NCBI RefSeq assembly: GCF_006345805.1
Contig: NC_043020.1
Location: 4,154,001-4,218,000, forward strand
DNA: 64,000 nucleotides
Reading direction: 5' to 3'
DNA from: Octopus sinensis
Taxonomy: Eukaryota
The position numbers were made by a program, and so were the translations under genes. This document shows, piece by piece, positions 12,830 to 24,963 of this stretch (the stretch's first letter is position 1; each line of letters starts with the position of its first letter). The notes under the pieces are model-generated. The model did not search any database, was not told where the DNA came from, and was given only the letters and a program-made list of their open reading frames with translations.

Positions 12830-13490
12830 CATGCTGGCATGGTTTGGACAGTTTGATAAGAGCTCCCTGGGTTCCATGTCTGGCTTGGCATGGTTTCTAC
12901 GGCTGGATGCCCTTTCTAGTGTCAACCACTTTACAGAGTGTACTGGGTACGTTTTACATGACACCAGCACCCATCATCCCACAGCTCAGCTGAAGAGGGA
13001 TGTAAGGGACATGGCTGTATGGAAGGATAATTCTAAATACCTTCATATGTCTTCTCATGCACAACAAACCACCAGAAGTCTCAGTTCCTTGTCATCCTCT
13101 CTGAAAATCTTTTCTCACTACTTCATCCCATGTCTGCCCCTTCCACTTGTTCTCTCCACAATTAGAGATTGGCCCTTCTTCATACAACCGTCCACATCCA
13201 TATGCAACACATAACACACTGACATTACCCATCCAGCAAAGCATACTGGCTTCATTTCTTTCAAGCCTTCACATGTCCTCTGTAGTCACAGCTTATGTTT
13301 CACTGCCATGTAGCACAGCTCTTCATACACAGGCATCAAACGATGTGCTTTTCATTCTGAGGGAGAACCCCTTTTTTACTAACACAGGTAGAAGCTCCCT
13401 GAACTTTGCCCAACAAGTTCTAATTCGAGCAGCTAGGCTTTCAGAACAGCCTCCACCACTGATAACTCAATCCTGTTATGGTGCCTTTCT
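12830..13490 (-). mobile_element. RTE-clade LINE 3' fragment running into its 3' UTR
   Basis: Minus-strand remnants LPLRMKS..FDACV, AVLHGSET and RLERNEASML; the 3' part is the family-A repeat. Confidence 0.8.
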
Positions 13491-14652
13491 TTTTTCCTTA
13501 GGAATATCGCTGAATCAGGCAGGACCATTTGAGGTAAAAAATAAAAGTTATCATGAAAATGTTATGCAATCGAGGGTTTATTTTTGAAGCGGGTTGGTGA
13601 GGGAGGATTTGTGAACTCGGTACCAGCATTGTTTGCTCAGAATTAAGAGGTGTTGTTTTCCACGTTACAAATGTTTTGCATAAATAAGCTAGAAGGTATT
13701 TTTAGCTCCATACCCTCACCACCAAACACAATTTCCCATCGACCAAAATAAATTTCTATGCAGTTGCCATGGTAACATCTCTAAATATTTCTGGTTAAAG
13801 AAACCCACCACCATCAAGTCCTAAGAAGCTCAAGGTAGTGATCAATCATGACTCTCATGATATTTTCTGATTTAAATAAAAACATATTTTCTCATGCCAT
13901 AACAACCACCACCACCACCACCACCGCCATCAATGAATGAGCCCTTAGCAAGGAAGAGCAGCTGGTTCTGCCAGAAACACCAGTTGAATATTCAACTACA
14001 CTGTTTCTCAAACACCCCTACCTACCCCCACATTAGTGAAATTTATTCCCCCCCCCACCCACCCACATCACCACCTTTATTAATTAGAAAAAAAAAAAAA
14101 TCAAAATAACTCTTCAGTCTTCTTCCCAGTGCTGGATGAATAATTTGCACCCCTTTCCAACCCTGGCAGCCCCCCTGTGTCCTACTGCCATTGTTATGTT
14201 GTTGGATAGAATGTCTTGTGGTATTTGTTCCGGGTTCAAATCCCCCAGAAGTCAACTTTGTTCTTCAGGATCAATAAAAAAAGTACAAACCCTAGGCAAT
14301 GGACTGACAGACCCATGCCAAATTTGAATTGGTCCCTTGCATTTTGACACTGACACCAACAATGACATACCTACCTCAAGTACCCTACACATGGTTGCCC
14401 TTCCTCTTACACCATTCTTGATTTTAAGAAAATTCATCCCACATCTTCAGATGTTGAACCAAAATACCTTGTGGTATTTACTCTGCCCGAGTTGTACTGA
14501 CACTCGCCTTTGTCGCTCACCTGTAGAAATACAGTGTACCAGTAATTACTGGTCCATGTAATTAACAGCAGTTCCAGAATTGAAGATAAATATTTAATTA
14601 AAGAAAAATATTAATGAATCAAGCAACAACAACACTGAGTGACTGAACTAAT

Positions 14653-14658
14653 TTTATT
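14653..14658 (-). terminator. Probable GPX4 polyadenylation signal AATAAA
   Basis: TTTATT on the plus strand about 70 nt downstream of the SECIS. Confidence 0.6.
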
Positions 14659-14726
14659 GCTTTAATTAAATAATAAAAAAAAAATTCATGAAGTGAAGGA
14701 GGGACAAACAGACAGACATCAAAACA

Positions 14727-14826
14727 GTGTTGACCAAAATGAGAGAAACCAGAGAAATCAGGGGTTTCCTACCAAGGAATGGTTTTAGGAAACTTCCTTC
14801 ATAAGTTACGTCAGAATGGTCAACAC
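14727..14826 (-). promoter_or_regulatory. SECIS element (type II) in the GPX4 3' UTR
   Basis: Minus strand reads AUGA-AGGAAGUUUCCU-AAA-ACCA-UUCCU-UGGU-AGGAAACCCC-UGAU: AUGA/UGAU quartet (14802-14799, 14760-14757), helix II GUUUCCU/AGGAAAC, unpaired AAA and apical mini-stem; begins about 35 nt after the stop codon. Confidence 0.9.
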
Positions 14827-14861
14827 CGTAGAATGTCAGTCTGAGAGAGTAAGGGGTTTGG

Positions 14862-14894
14862 TTACCAATAAATAGCCAAGTCTTTTTCTATTTC
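14862..14894 (-). CDS. GPX4: GPX4 exon 6, terminal (EIEKDLAIYW*)
   Basis: Polypyrimidine tract plus TTTCAG acceptor; 33 nt including TAA; IEKDL motif of GPX4 C-termini. Confidence 0.93.
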   Translation of the reverse strand, partial: EIEKDLAIYW

Positions 14895-14955
14895 CTGAAA
14901 AGACAAGAGACAGACAGGTAATTAGATAGATAGATTGATTGATATATATATATAG

Positions 14956-15025
<70 letters not shown>

Positions 15026-15850
15026 AAGAGATAGACAGACAGACAGATGTGCGAGAGAGAGAGCAGATATAGAAAGGTAGTCAGACGATGGAACCATTCC
15101 TACACTGGCAGAATGCTCAATGCTATTTCTTCTGCATCTTTGCATTCTGAGTTCAGATGCTGCCAAGACAGATTGCCTTTCATCCTTTCAGAAGTCATTA
15201 AAATAAGGAACAGTTGAGCACTGGACTCAATGTAATTGACTCCCGTCTCCCCTCAAAAAATAGCTGGCCCTGTGCCAAAACTAGAAATTATAACCTTTCT
15301 TCCTATTTACGGTGCAATCCTCTGGCTTGCCAGCTTCTGTCAAAGCATTCAACCCATACCAGCATGGAAGACATATGTTAAATGATGATGCTCTACCTAT
15401 CTCTATCTACACATATACACACACACACAGGAACGAGAGCTCCTCACACTAAGGGAGACAATGTGTACTTGACCTCTCTTACCATGAGTCTGCATATTTT
15501 ATAGTAACCTGACTCAACCATTGCAAATGGAATCGAATTCGAGTCTGACCTCATTTCATTCTGTCTCATAAGTTTGGAATTGCCTGACTGAAAACGAGCC
15601 AACCAGCTCAAAACTGAGTCAGTCGCGTGATCTTGTGGTCTGCTAGAGGATGATTCACTCCCCGCCCCCGCTAGCAATATATACTGTATAAATAAGGTGT
15701 ATTACCACACCGATAACCAGCTGGTGGAGGATCTGCCTGGGGTTAAACTAGTAGTAAAATGCAACAGCCACTTTGATTTGGCGATTAACTTTACTCTGAT
15801 CTCTTCTCGAAATTTTACAGCTGGCAATTTTGCTCATATAAATATACAAA

Positions 15851-16200
15851 GGCATAGGAGTGGCTGTGTGGTAAGTAGCTTGCTTACCAACCACATGGTT
15901 CTGGGTTCAGTCCTACTGCGTGGCACCTTGGGCAAGTGTCTTCTACCATAGCCTCGGGCCGACCAAAGCCTTGTGAGTGGATTTGGTAGATGGAAACTGA
16001 AAGAAGCCTGTCATATATATATGTATATGTATAGATATGTATGTGTGTGCCTATACGTTTGTGTGTCTGTGTTTGTCCCCCCCCAACATCACTTGACAAC
16101 CGATGCTGGTGTGTTACGTCCCCCGTAACTTACAAAGAATAAGTCCTGGGGTTGATTTGCTTGACTAAAGGTGGTGCTTCAGCATGGCCATAGTCAAGAA
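15851..16200 (+). mobile_element. Family-B tRNA-headed SINE
   Basis: GGCTGTGTGGTAAG (A-box-like), GGTTCAGTCCT (B-box-like), shared body GGCACCTTGGGCAAGTG...GATTTGGTAGA. Confidence 0.85.
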
Positions 16201-16253
16201 AAAGCGTAAAGCATATATATATATATGTGCATTTAAATGTGTATATATATAGA

Positions 16254-16618
16254 GATGCAGGAGAGGCTGTGAAGCTCGCTTCCTAACCACGTGGTCTTGT
16301 GTTCCGTCCCATTGCACAGCACCTTGGCAAAGTGTTTCCTACTGTAGACCCAAGTTGACCAAAGCTTTGTAAAGGGATTTGGTAAACAGAAACTGAAAGA
16401 AGCTTGGTGTGTGCATGTGAATACACACACGTGTTTGTCCCACATCACCACTTAACCAGTGTTGGTTTGTTTACATCCCCACAACATGGTCTGGGAGAAG
16501 ACACCAACAGAATAAGTAACAGATTTAAAAACATAAGTGCTCAATCAATTTGTTTGACTAAATCCTTTAAAGTAGTGCCCCAGCATGGTCGCTTTCAAAT
16601 GAATGAAACAAGTAAAAC
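16254..16618 (+). mobile_element. Family-B SINE, tandem to the previous copy
   Basis: Diverged copy of the same body. Confidence 0.75.
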
Positions 16619-16828
16619 ATGTACATACATATGTATATATGTAATATACATTTGTTAATGTGTATATATATATATATATATATGTGTATGTATATATATA
16701 TATACATAACCATTTACGTATCAAGGTACATACATCATTAATAGGCCAGTTACTGAAGTATTTGTCCTGAGATAACATTTCATGATTTGGGTTTTAAAAA
16801 CAATAACTGTTTCAACTGCATATACCAG

Positions 16829-16870
<42 letters not shown>

Positions 16871-17561
16871 CACTCACACACACACACACACACACACACT
16901 TAACCTCCACTTTTCCATTCCCACATTAGCGTGGCTGTTGTGGCAGGTTTTCCTACAGCTGGACACCCTCCTTGTTGCTATCTTCCCGTGACCAGAAAGA
17001 TCTCGGAAGAGACAAAGGACGCCGCTTGTCATGGCAGTGGCACTTGTTTACAAGATCCAGAAAAAAGGAGACATCAACACACGCATACAAACAGGCTTTG
17101 GTAGGCCCAGGGTTATAGCAGAAGACATTCCCAAGGTGCCATGAAGTGGGTATGAACCCAAAACCATGTGGGAAGCAAACCTCAACTACACAGCCACTCC
17201 TGTGCCCCCTTTTGTATATCAAAGAGCAAGTATGGTTTCATGGGGACAGAGTTTGCCTTATTACTGTTTGGTCTCAAGTCCTGACTGTCTGTGAATCCCC
17301 TTGGGTAAGTGACTTCTATTACTGCTGAGGGACAGCCAATGCTTCATGAGTGAAATTGGTAGGTGGAAACTGTTGAGAAGCCTGGCATTTATAAGTGTAC
17401 ATGAAGTGTTTGAATGTTTATAATCTGTATCTTGTAATGAGAGCATTGAGTTTAAAATTCAGTCAAGTTTCTTGTCAGAAAACAAAAAAAAAAACAAAAC
17501 AAATAAACTCAACCTTGAGATCAGCATTTTGAAAAATGAGTGGAAGAAATAATCTTTATTG

Positions 17562-17830
17562 AATCATCATCATCATCGTTTAACGTCCGTTTTCCATGCT
17601 AGCATGGGTTGGACGGTTCGACCAGGGTCTGGGAAGCCAGGAGGCTGCACCAGGCTCCAGTCAGATCTGGCAGTGTTTCTACAGCTGGATGCCTTTCCTA
17701 ATGCCAACCACTCCGTGAGTGTAGTGGGTGCTTTTTACGTGCCACCGGCACAGAAGCCAGTCAAGGCGGCGCTGGTATCGGCCACGTTCGGATGGTGCTT
17801 TTTACGTGCTACGGCACAGGGATCACAACT
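17562..17830 (-). mobile_element. Family-A repeat
   Basis: Reverse complement of the family-A core with a (TCA)n end. Confidence 0.85.
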
Positions 17831-18509
17831 ACAGTTTCCATTGATTTTTGATGTTGATGTACTTGACACAACAGGTCTCCTCAAGCACAGGGTCGAAACA
17901 GTGTTTCTTTACTTGTCACCTGCACAGGGGTCAGTCCAGCGGCACTGGCAACGGCCGGGTGCCAGTCATAGGATTTGAATAAAAGGGAAAAATTATACAA
18001 TGGATCGAATTATTGTTTTTGTCTTCGATCAGTAAATTGCTATTTCCTATTTGCTTCTATCTAGAAATCAAGGGAGATAACTATTCTCTTCAAACGTGGC
18101 TTTTGTGATATTTGGAAACTGACTTATTTTTCATTCCATTTCAAACAGATTCAGCAGAGAGTTGCTGAAACAAAAATATCATTATAGCAAATATTCTGTT
18201 GTCAGTTTGCTTGACATTAACCACTTGAGCATGTCCCCTGGTGGCTAACAATATGTGTATCTCTGATCACGAGCATCATAGAGATTTGCATAAATGTAAC
18301 AAAAGCAAAGTTTGAAGGAAATATTAGTAATTTCTCATACTGGGGTTAAGTAAATAGGGGGGAAAAAACAGTTGCTACCCAAGGACAAACACTGTGTTAT
18401 CAAGGGAAAGGCATCCAACTGTAAAACAATGCCTCAATATCATTTAAGAAACAAATAAAAGACCAGCTTAGCATTGTTAATGGCAGAAGAGGAAAGCGTC
18501 AAGAGTCAC

Positions 18510-18594
18510 CTTTGGGGCTGTTTTTGGACCATAACGTTTCACAGGAACACCTTCTTTGTTGATGAGGAATTTGGTCAAATTCCATTTGATGCCA
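18510..18594 (-). CDS. GPX4: GPX4 exon 5 ([29 protein letters not shown])
   Basis: TTGCAG acceptor and AAG|GTGACT donor; IKWNxTKFLI..G..VKRYGP motif. Confidence 0.95.
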
Positions 18595-18849
18595 CTGCAA
18601 CATGAAATACAAATAAATACACTTTAGTTTATTCTTTTAACAGTTTCAGTCAATGGACATCGACCATTCTGGAGCATTACCAGCAAGTATTTTAGTCAGT
18701 TATATCAATGCTGGTATTTAATCCTGGATTAAATGGCTGAGGAGTTAACCAGTTCACTTTGTAAACCTGAAGTCTTGAGTTCAATTTGACTGTGGAGCAA
18801 CTTGGGTGAATGCAAGTCACCAAAGAGAAACTGTGTGGAAACTTGGTGA

Positions 18850-20560
18850 ATGGAATGCAAAGCTGTGATTCAAAGTTGGGCCTGAGGACAAGAGAGGAAG
18901 ACCCAGTCAGAGGGAACTGGCATGTGCCCAAATTGGATAGCAGGACCGCATGGTGTGATGCTAGCAGCATTGCGATAGGAGTTGTGTTGGAAATTGGAGG
19001 TACCAAAGAGGAGGATGCTGCCTGGCTTCAAAAAGCAGACGACCACAACCACATCAATGTTGCTGAGTTGGATACAGTGCTGAAGGGAGTGAATTTGGCC
19101 GTGAAGGATCAGTAACCACTGACAAGAAGTGGGTGTGAACCAAAGGGGCCGCAGAAAAACAAGTGAAGTGCCACCTAGGGATTCTAGGGGAGCTGATTGG
19201 CAAGTTTGGCCTGAAGCTGAATGTGGTCTTTGTGCCTTCAGAGAGAAACAAGGCAGATGCTCTAACCAGGGTAAAAAAAGGCCTGGTTAGGGGAGCCAGA
19301 AGAATCAAAGCAAGGGGTAGCCATGGTGTGTCAGTTAAATGACCCCGAGCTGAGGAGACTGCATGCCATGCATATGGGCATGGATAAGACCCTGTATCTC
19401 GCCAGGAGGGTTGACGCCAACATTACCAGATGGAGCATCCAAAAGGTAGTCGGGAACTGTGACAGGTGTCAATCCATCGACTCTGCCTCGGATGTACTTT
19501 AGCAGGGAAACATCTTGGTAGAGCACAACTGGAGATGATTAGCAGTGGATGTAACACACTACTGGCAGGGGACGTATGCCTCGATGGTTGATTGTGGGCC
19601 AGGCCGGATGGCCATTTGGAGGGAATTGAGGACAGGTACTGTGGCCGAGATGGCACATATTCTAAACGAGGTATTCTTAGAGCATGGCCCTCTGGGTGAA
19701 TTGCTGATGGACAACAGCACAGCGTTTCATTCAGAGGTGCTGAAGAAGATGCTTGACAGGTGGAAAGGGCACTGCTTTTCCAGAGCAGCATAGAGGCCGA
19801 GTGGAAATGGGATCCTGGAGAGACATCATTGAATGATCAAGGCCATGGCAGAGAGGGGACATGTCCCACTGCTGGAAGTGATGTTCGGGTACAATGTCAC
19901 CCCGATCAGGACAGGCCGAAGAGTCTGTGCCACGTAGTGATAATCAAATATGAATGGCAGCATCCAAGTAAACCATAGAGATGCCCTGTAGAAGAGAGAG
20001 GGCCTGACTTCGTGGAGGTGGGAGATGAAGTCTGGGTGAAGCCACCAAAGGCACCCTGCACAATTCAGTTGAAGAGAGAAATAGTGACGGCTGTTAAGTC
20101 CCAAAACAATATCTCTGTGGATGGAATGCTGCGTCATCTCTTGGACGTTCATAGGATTGTCGCTTCCTTGGATGATGATTGTGGAGAAAAGGAAGAGAAT
20201 GAGGTTCCCAGTTTAAGAAGATCATGACATGCAAGGCGCCCACCCAGGTGGGTGGTAGATTTCGACATGGAGTAAAGTGAGGAAGTGATCTTTGAGATCA
20301 GGGGGGGGGGGGGATGAGCTGCAAGAAGAGGGCCACGACGTCAATGGTCAAGGGACAGACTGGAAGAGGAAGCATGAGAAGTGCCGGGGGAGACAGGATG
20401 AGGTTGGGCTCTTGTAGCTGGCCAAGGCATCGTGAACAGGTGTCAGGGGATTCAATCCTGGGTTGATCAGATAGCAGCAGATGACAGGGTAGGGTAGGAT
20501 CACTGGAGTGACCACTAGACAAGCAGAGCTGAGAGAAGGTAGGTGAACTTCTTTTCATTT
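18850..20560 (+). mobile_element. Degenerate Gypsy LTR retrotransposon (RNase H, integrase, PPT) in GPX4 intron 4, antisense to the gene
   Basis: WCDASSIAIGVVLEIGG..HINVAEL; integrase CDRCQSID, DVTHY, ELLMDNSTAF; G-run polypurine tract near 20300. Confidence 0.85.
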
Positions 20561-20654
20561 CCCACGCATGACAGACATATAAAAAAAAATCTGAAATTAG
20601 TAAATTGGTACTAAATTATTGAGGAAAATAATGAAGTTCAGAAAAGTTCCTTAC

Positions 20655-20803
20655 TCAGTGATAAATCCAGGCTGTTCTTTTTTCAAAAATGTCCACAAAG
20701 GGTGAGCTGACTTGCCATTCACATCGATTTTACTGAACATATCAAAGGAAACGTGATATTTTTTACTAACAAAATCTTTGATTTCTTCGTTAGTTCCAGG
20801 TTC
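20655..20803 (-). CDS. GPX4: GPX4 exon 4 ([49 protein letters not shown])
   Basis: TTTTAG acceptor and GA|GTAAGG donor; QEPG and [13 protein letters not shown] motifs. Confidence 0.97.
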
Positions 20804-21304
20804 CTAAAAGAAACAAAAACAATTTTTGATGCACAAAAATCTCCATCAATTCTAACAATTTCCTATTTTACTTCCAGACTAGAATCTGAGGTGCATTTCA
20901 GTGCTTGTACATAGTTGTTTTATCGGCTAGAAAGAGCAGAAAATCTCCCTCATCTTATACCCTACTATCTAATACAGAATACAGTAGCACCATGGACACA
21001 TCTACTGCTGCAGTAGAGGGTAACCTCACCAAAGAGAGGTTGTAAAAAAATGATTTTCTAATATAGAAAGAAGACCCCCAGTTTTAGGTGCAGGGAGCTG
21101 CTGATTAGATTTTCTCCAGTAGATGACAGGTATTTGGCTTGATAGACACAGCACTGTTGTGGGATGCTCTAACGATTCTGCCAATTGTCTTCCTTTAGGC
21201 ACATAGCAATTGTTAGTGGATGCGTTTAGTCAATTTGATTGATCCCACAACTTGACTGATACTTTATCAATCCCCAGAAGGATTGATAAGGAGGGGACTA
21301 GTCG

Positions 21305-21712
21305 AGTATATTGATCCCAGTGTTTCACTGGTACTTAGTTTATCGACCTCAAAAGGACGAAAAGCAAAGCTGACCTAGGCGAAATTTGAACTCAGAACGT
21401 TAGCAATGGGCAAAATACTGCTAAGCATTTTATCTGGCTTGCTAACAATTCTGCCAGCTCATCATCTAAATATTAATACTAATACTAATACTAATCCTTT
21501 CTACTATAAGCACAAAGATTGAAATTTGGTGGGGGTGGGTTGTTGATTACATTGACCCTAGGGTTTAACTGGTGCTTTATTTTATTGACCCTGAAAGGAT
21601 GAAATGCAAAGTCGACCTCGTCAGAATTTGAACTCTGAATGTAACAATGGGCGAAATTCCGCTAAGCATTTTGTCTGGCGCAGTAACAACTCACTCAGCT
21701 CGCTGCTGAATA
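21305..21712 (-). mobile_element. Two tandem family-C SINEs in GPX4 intron 3
   Basis: Two reverse-complement copies of the family-C body. Confidence 0.8.
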
Positions 21713-22271
21713 ATTTACAGTTCATCTTTGTGCAAAGGCCAGGCTAACTTCAGAAATTTAGATTATCGCTAATAAAATAATATTGAAAATTTAAAGCTGA
21801 TCGGACAAGAGTTGCCTCCCTTATATCACTGATTTAAAAAAAATTAGAATCACTCCGCTGGGGACAATAAGGGGACAACCGAGGGAGAAAGATCGATTTC
21901 AGATACAGGCTTGGCTCGAATATTCCTCAGAAAGTGGACATTAACTGCGACCTCTTTGAGTGGCATTTCATTTGTTACGGAGTCCTAGACGAAATGCCAC
22001 CCAAGGAGGTCAAAGTGAGATTTGAACTCAGAATTTACCAAAATCCCAGAATCCTGACCCCTTTTAAGACTAAACAAAAACAATTTTAGAAAAATAATAT
22101 TAAAAAAATATAATCATCTTTAAAATGTTTTTTGTTTCATGAGCTAAATTTTTAAAATTAAAAAAAAAACCCTTATCTTGTGAAACCCCTAAATTTTATC
22201 TCAGAATTTTGGGCATCCTGTGAAGAAACTTTGAGAAAATTTGTCTTAGAATAAAGAGTTAGAGAACTTAC

Positions 22272-22419
22272 CTGGGAAGCAAATTGGTTACATGGGAAGG
22301 CTAGAATACGAAGACCCTTAGACTCACCATACTTTTGATAAAGTTCTTCTAACTGTGTGTAGTTAGAGGTGGTTAAGCCTCATTTGCTTGCAACATTGAC
22401 AATTATGGCCACATGGCCC
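22272..22419 (-). CDS. GPX4: GPX4 exon 3 with selenocysteine codon ([49 protein letters not shown])
   Basis: TTTTAG acceptor and CAG|GTAAGT donor; in-frame TGA at 22382-22380 in the NVASxUG catalytic motif; ILAFPCNQF signature. Confidence 0.97.
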
Positions 22420-23540
22420 CTAAAATGGATAAAGGAAATCAGAAACAAAGATGTGAGATAACAGTATAACAAGTGAAAGGATCAAAACAAAAATTTAAAT
22501 AATAATTGCAAGTACCTCAGGTTTCAAACGGGGCCAGCATATCCCTGTGGTGACCAAAAGTGTAACAGCAAGGGCACCTGGCATAAAATACCGACTTAAA
22601 ATATCTAACCCTTACTGGCATGGAAAAGTGGACGTAAACTGACAATGGTTAGATGACCGGTCTTTTATTTTATCAACTCCCAGAAGATGAAAGGCAAAGT
22701 CGACTTTGACGTGATTTCAACTCAAAACATTTTGTTTGATGCCCAAACTCAGCCATCCACCACTAATAATAATTGCTTCTGATTTAGAAACAAGGCCAGC
22801 AATTTTGAGGAGAGGGTCTAGTCACTGCCATCCACTCGAGTCCGGATCTAGGATTTCATCTTTTAACTCCAGAAGGGATGAAAGGTTCTGCTTCACATTC
22901 TTAGGTTAACTCAGGCAATCTCATATTGAAAGGTCGACTACTAACACTCTGCTGAGAAGACAGATGGAATGGTCATTACTGGAATGATTTTCATGGATCA
23001 GCTAAATGAAGGCTGAGCCAAAGTTAAATAAGGCTTCCAAATTACTAGAAATAGCAAGCAAATCTCCTACAAATTATACCCAATATTTACAAAACATCGG
23101 TAAAGAGTTATAAGCATTGGTAACCGCATGGCACCAGGATCAATCCTAATGCACAGTTCCGTGGATAAGGGTCTTCTAGAAAGAATCTAATCCAACCGTT
23201 GAGGGTAAACTGGATTAATGGAAACACAGAATCTAATGCAACCTTTGAGGGTAAACTGGATTAATGGAAACACAGAAGTTTGTTGGATGAATTGAACCTG
23301 TCCTTCGGTGATCAATATAAACTGTGGCCTGGATTACTGCCACCACGTAACTGTTGCAAAGAGAAGGACTCTTAGTTTGACAATAACGAACAAGTGAATT
23401 TCTCCAGCCCCCCACCCACACTACCCCATTCATCACTTTCCTCTGTCTCAAAGACTCAGCAAACAGTTCATGGGCTAATTGAGTCTGGGAATAAGAATGG
23501 AAGTCCATGGCTGGAACCCTTTCGAAAACAAATCACTTAC

Positions 23541-23617
23541 CGGTATTTCTCCAGAGACACTTCTTGTCCATCAATAGTCTTAGCAGAAAAGTCGTAGATG
23601 GTTTTAGCTGTCAAAGG
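23541..23617 (-). CDS. GPX4: GPX4 exon 2 (PLTAKTIYDFSAKTIDGQEVSLEKYR)
   Basis: TTTCAG acceptor and CG|GTAAGT donor; matches the PHGPx IYDFSAKxIDG..VSLEKYRG motif. Confidence 0.95.
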
Positions 23618-24835
23618 CTGAAATAACAAACAAATCATTAAATAAGCCTTAATTAACTTGGGGCAATCTTTTGTCCAAATCAAAGGTCACGAACATCAAC
23701 TACGACATAGAAGGCATGGCAATGTGGTTCCACATTTGATCCCATTGTGCAATGGCCCAGACGAGTGTCTTCTACAAAAGCTGCAGATGGGTTAACATTT
23801 CAAGAGTGGAATTAGGTAAGTGGAAATTATACAGAAGCCCAGTAAACACACACATGTATAGCATTGTTTTTAACATTAACCTTTCCATTCTCGCATGCGC
23901 CAGAGGGAATTCACCAAGCCAAATCTTGTCTGATTTTGATGTCCATCTCATCAACCTTTGCTTCTTGCCAAACTAGGTGATATTCCCCACCCGTCAACAG
24001 GACCTTTTTTTTTTTCATGAAAGATTGCAAACGAACACAACTGCGTTTGTTTATGTGTGAGGACACTGGAATCTACACACCCTTTCTAAAATGTTGACTT
24101 ATTAGAATATGTATAATATATAAAGTCTTTTATATATCTAAACTTTTATAAATTATGGATTAAAAAAAACAACTTTCTGTTTGAAGTAAAGGGTACGAAA
24201 AAAAAAAAGATTTAAAAGAAATTACGACCAAAACGGAGAAAATCCAACATTGTCAGACAGCAATTCCGAAAGTCCAACTCTATTTTCCTTTCTCGGGTTC
24301 ATCATTAACTTATTAAAAATAGCGTTGAAGAAAATAAGAGATTTTACTAGGAATGAAGGAGACGCATTTGGAAAAGCAAAAATACGATTATTTGAGTGAA
24401 AATATAACCAGATGGAAACTTATTTGGTAATAAAGTCGTCAATTTACTTGGCATATATGAATGTAGATATAGATAAATGGGGACAAATGCAGTTTCGCCC
24501 GAGGGTTCAGGATGATCGCTTTTAAAATTAAAAGGTAACTGAAGGATTCAATACAAATGAAATATGATATTGTCAGGGACTTCGAAGGTCCGTCGAGTAA
24601 TGTGGCTTGTGCAGACAGAGTCAGAAAAACTTCGAAATCACTGTTACTAAAAGGATTCTAGAGAGGATCTTTCGGAAACGAAACTGAACACAGAGACCCG
24701 CGTGGGTGTATATTGACATCGGTCACAATTATTTCATTTATACACTCATGTAGGTTTCGTTTTGCAATGCGGAATAATAAAGGCAAAGGCCAAATAAATA
24801 ATTATGTCAACAAACAAGAAAATAGAATTCCTTAC

Positions 24836-24913
24836 GTTGCTTGATAAATTACAAGAAAGCGGTTTGGCCGCCAAAAAGCCGGTCAATAAGACCCGACCCA
24901 AGGAAGTCATCAT
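24836..24913 (-). CDS. GPX4: GPX4-type glutathione peroxidase exon 1 (putative mitochondrial targeting peptide MMTSLGRVLLTGFLAAKPLSCNLSSN)
   Basis: 78 nt from ATG to a phase-0 AAC|GTAAGG donor, matching the phase-0 acceptor of exon 2; no acidic residues and rich in R/K/L/S; same position and phase as vertebrate GPX4 exon 1a. Confidence 0.75.
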
Positions 24914-24963
24914 TTTTGCATCGACGGAGTTTGCAACAAAACAAGAAAACACCAGAACCGTTC

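Noticed and set aside
15851-15920. tRNA genes at SINE heads
   Set aside because: Only A/B-box-like motifs continuing into SINE bodies; no cloverleaf
23183-23275. Tandem duplication of about 46 bp in GPX4 intron 2
   Set aside because: Two copies only; ordinary local duplication
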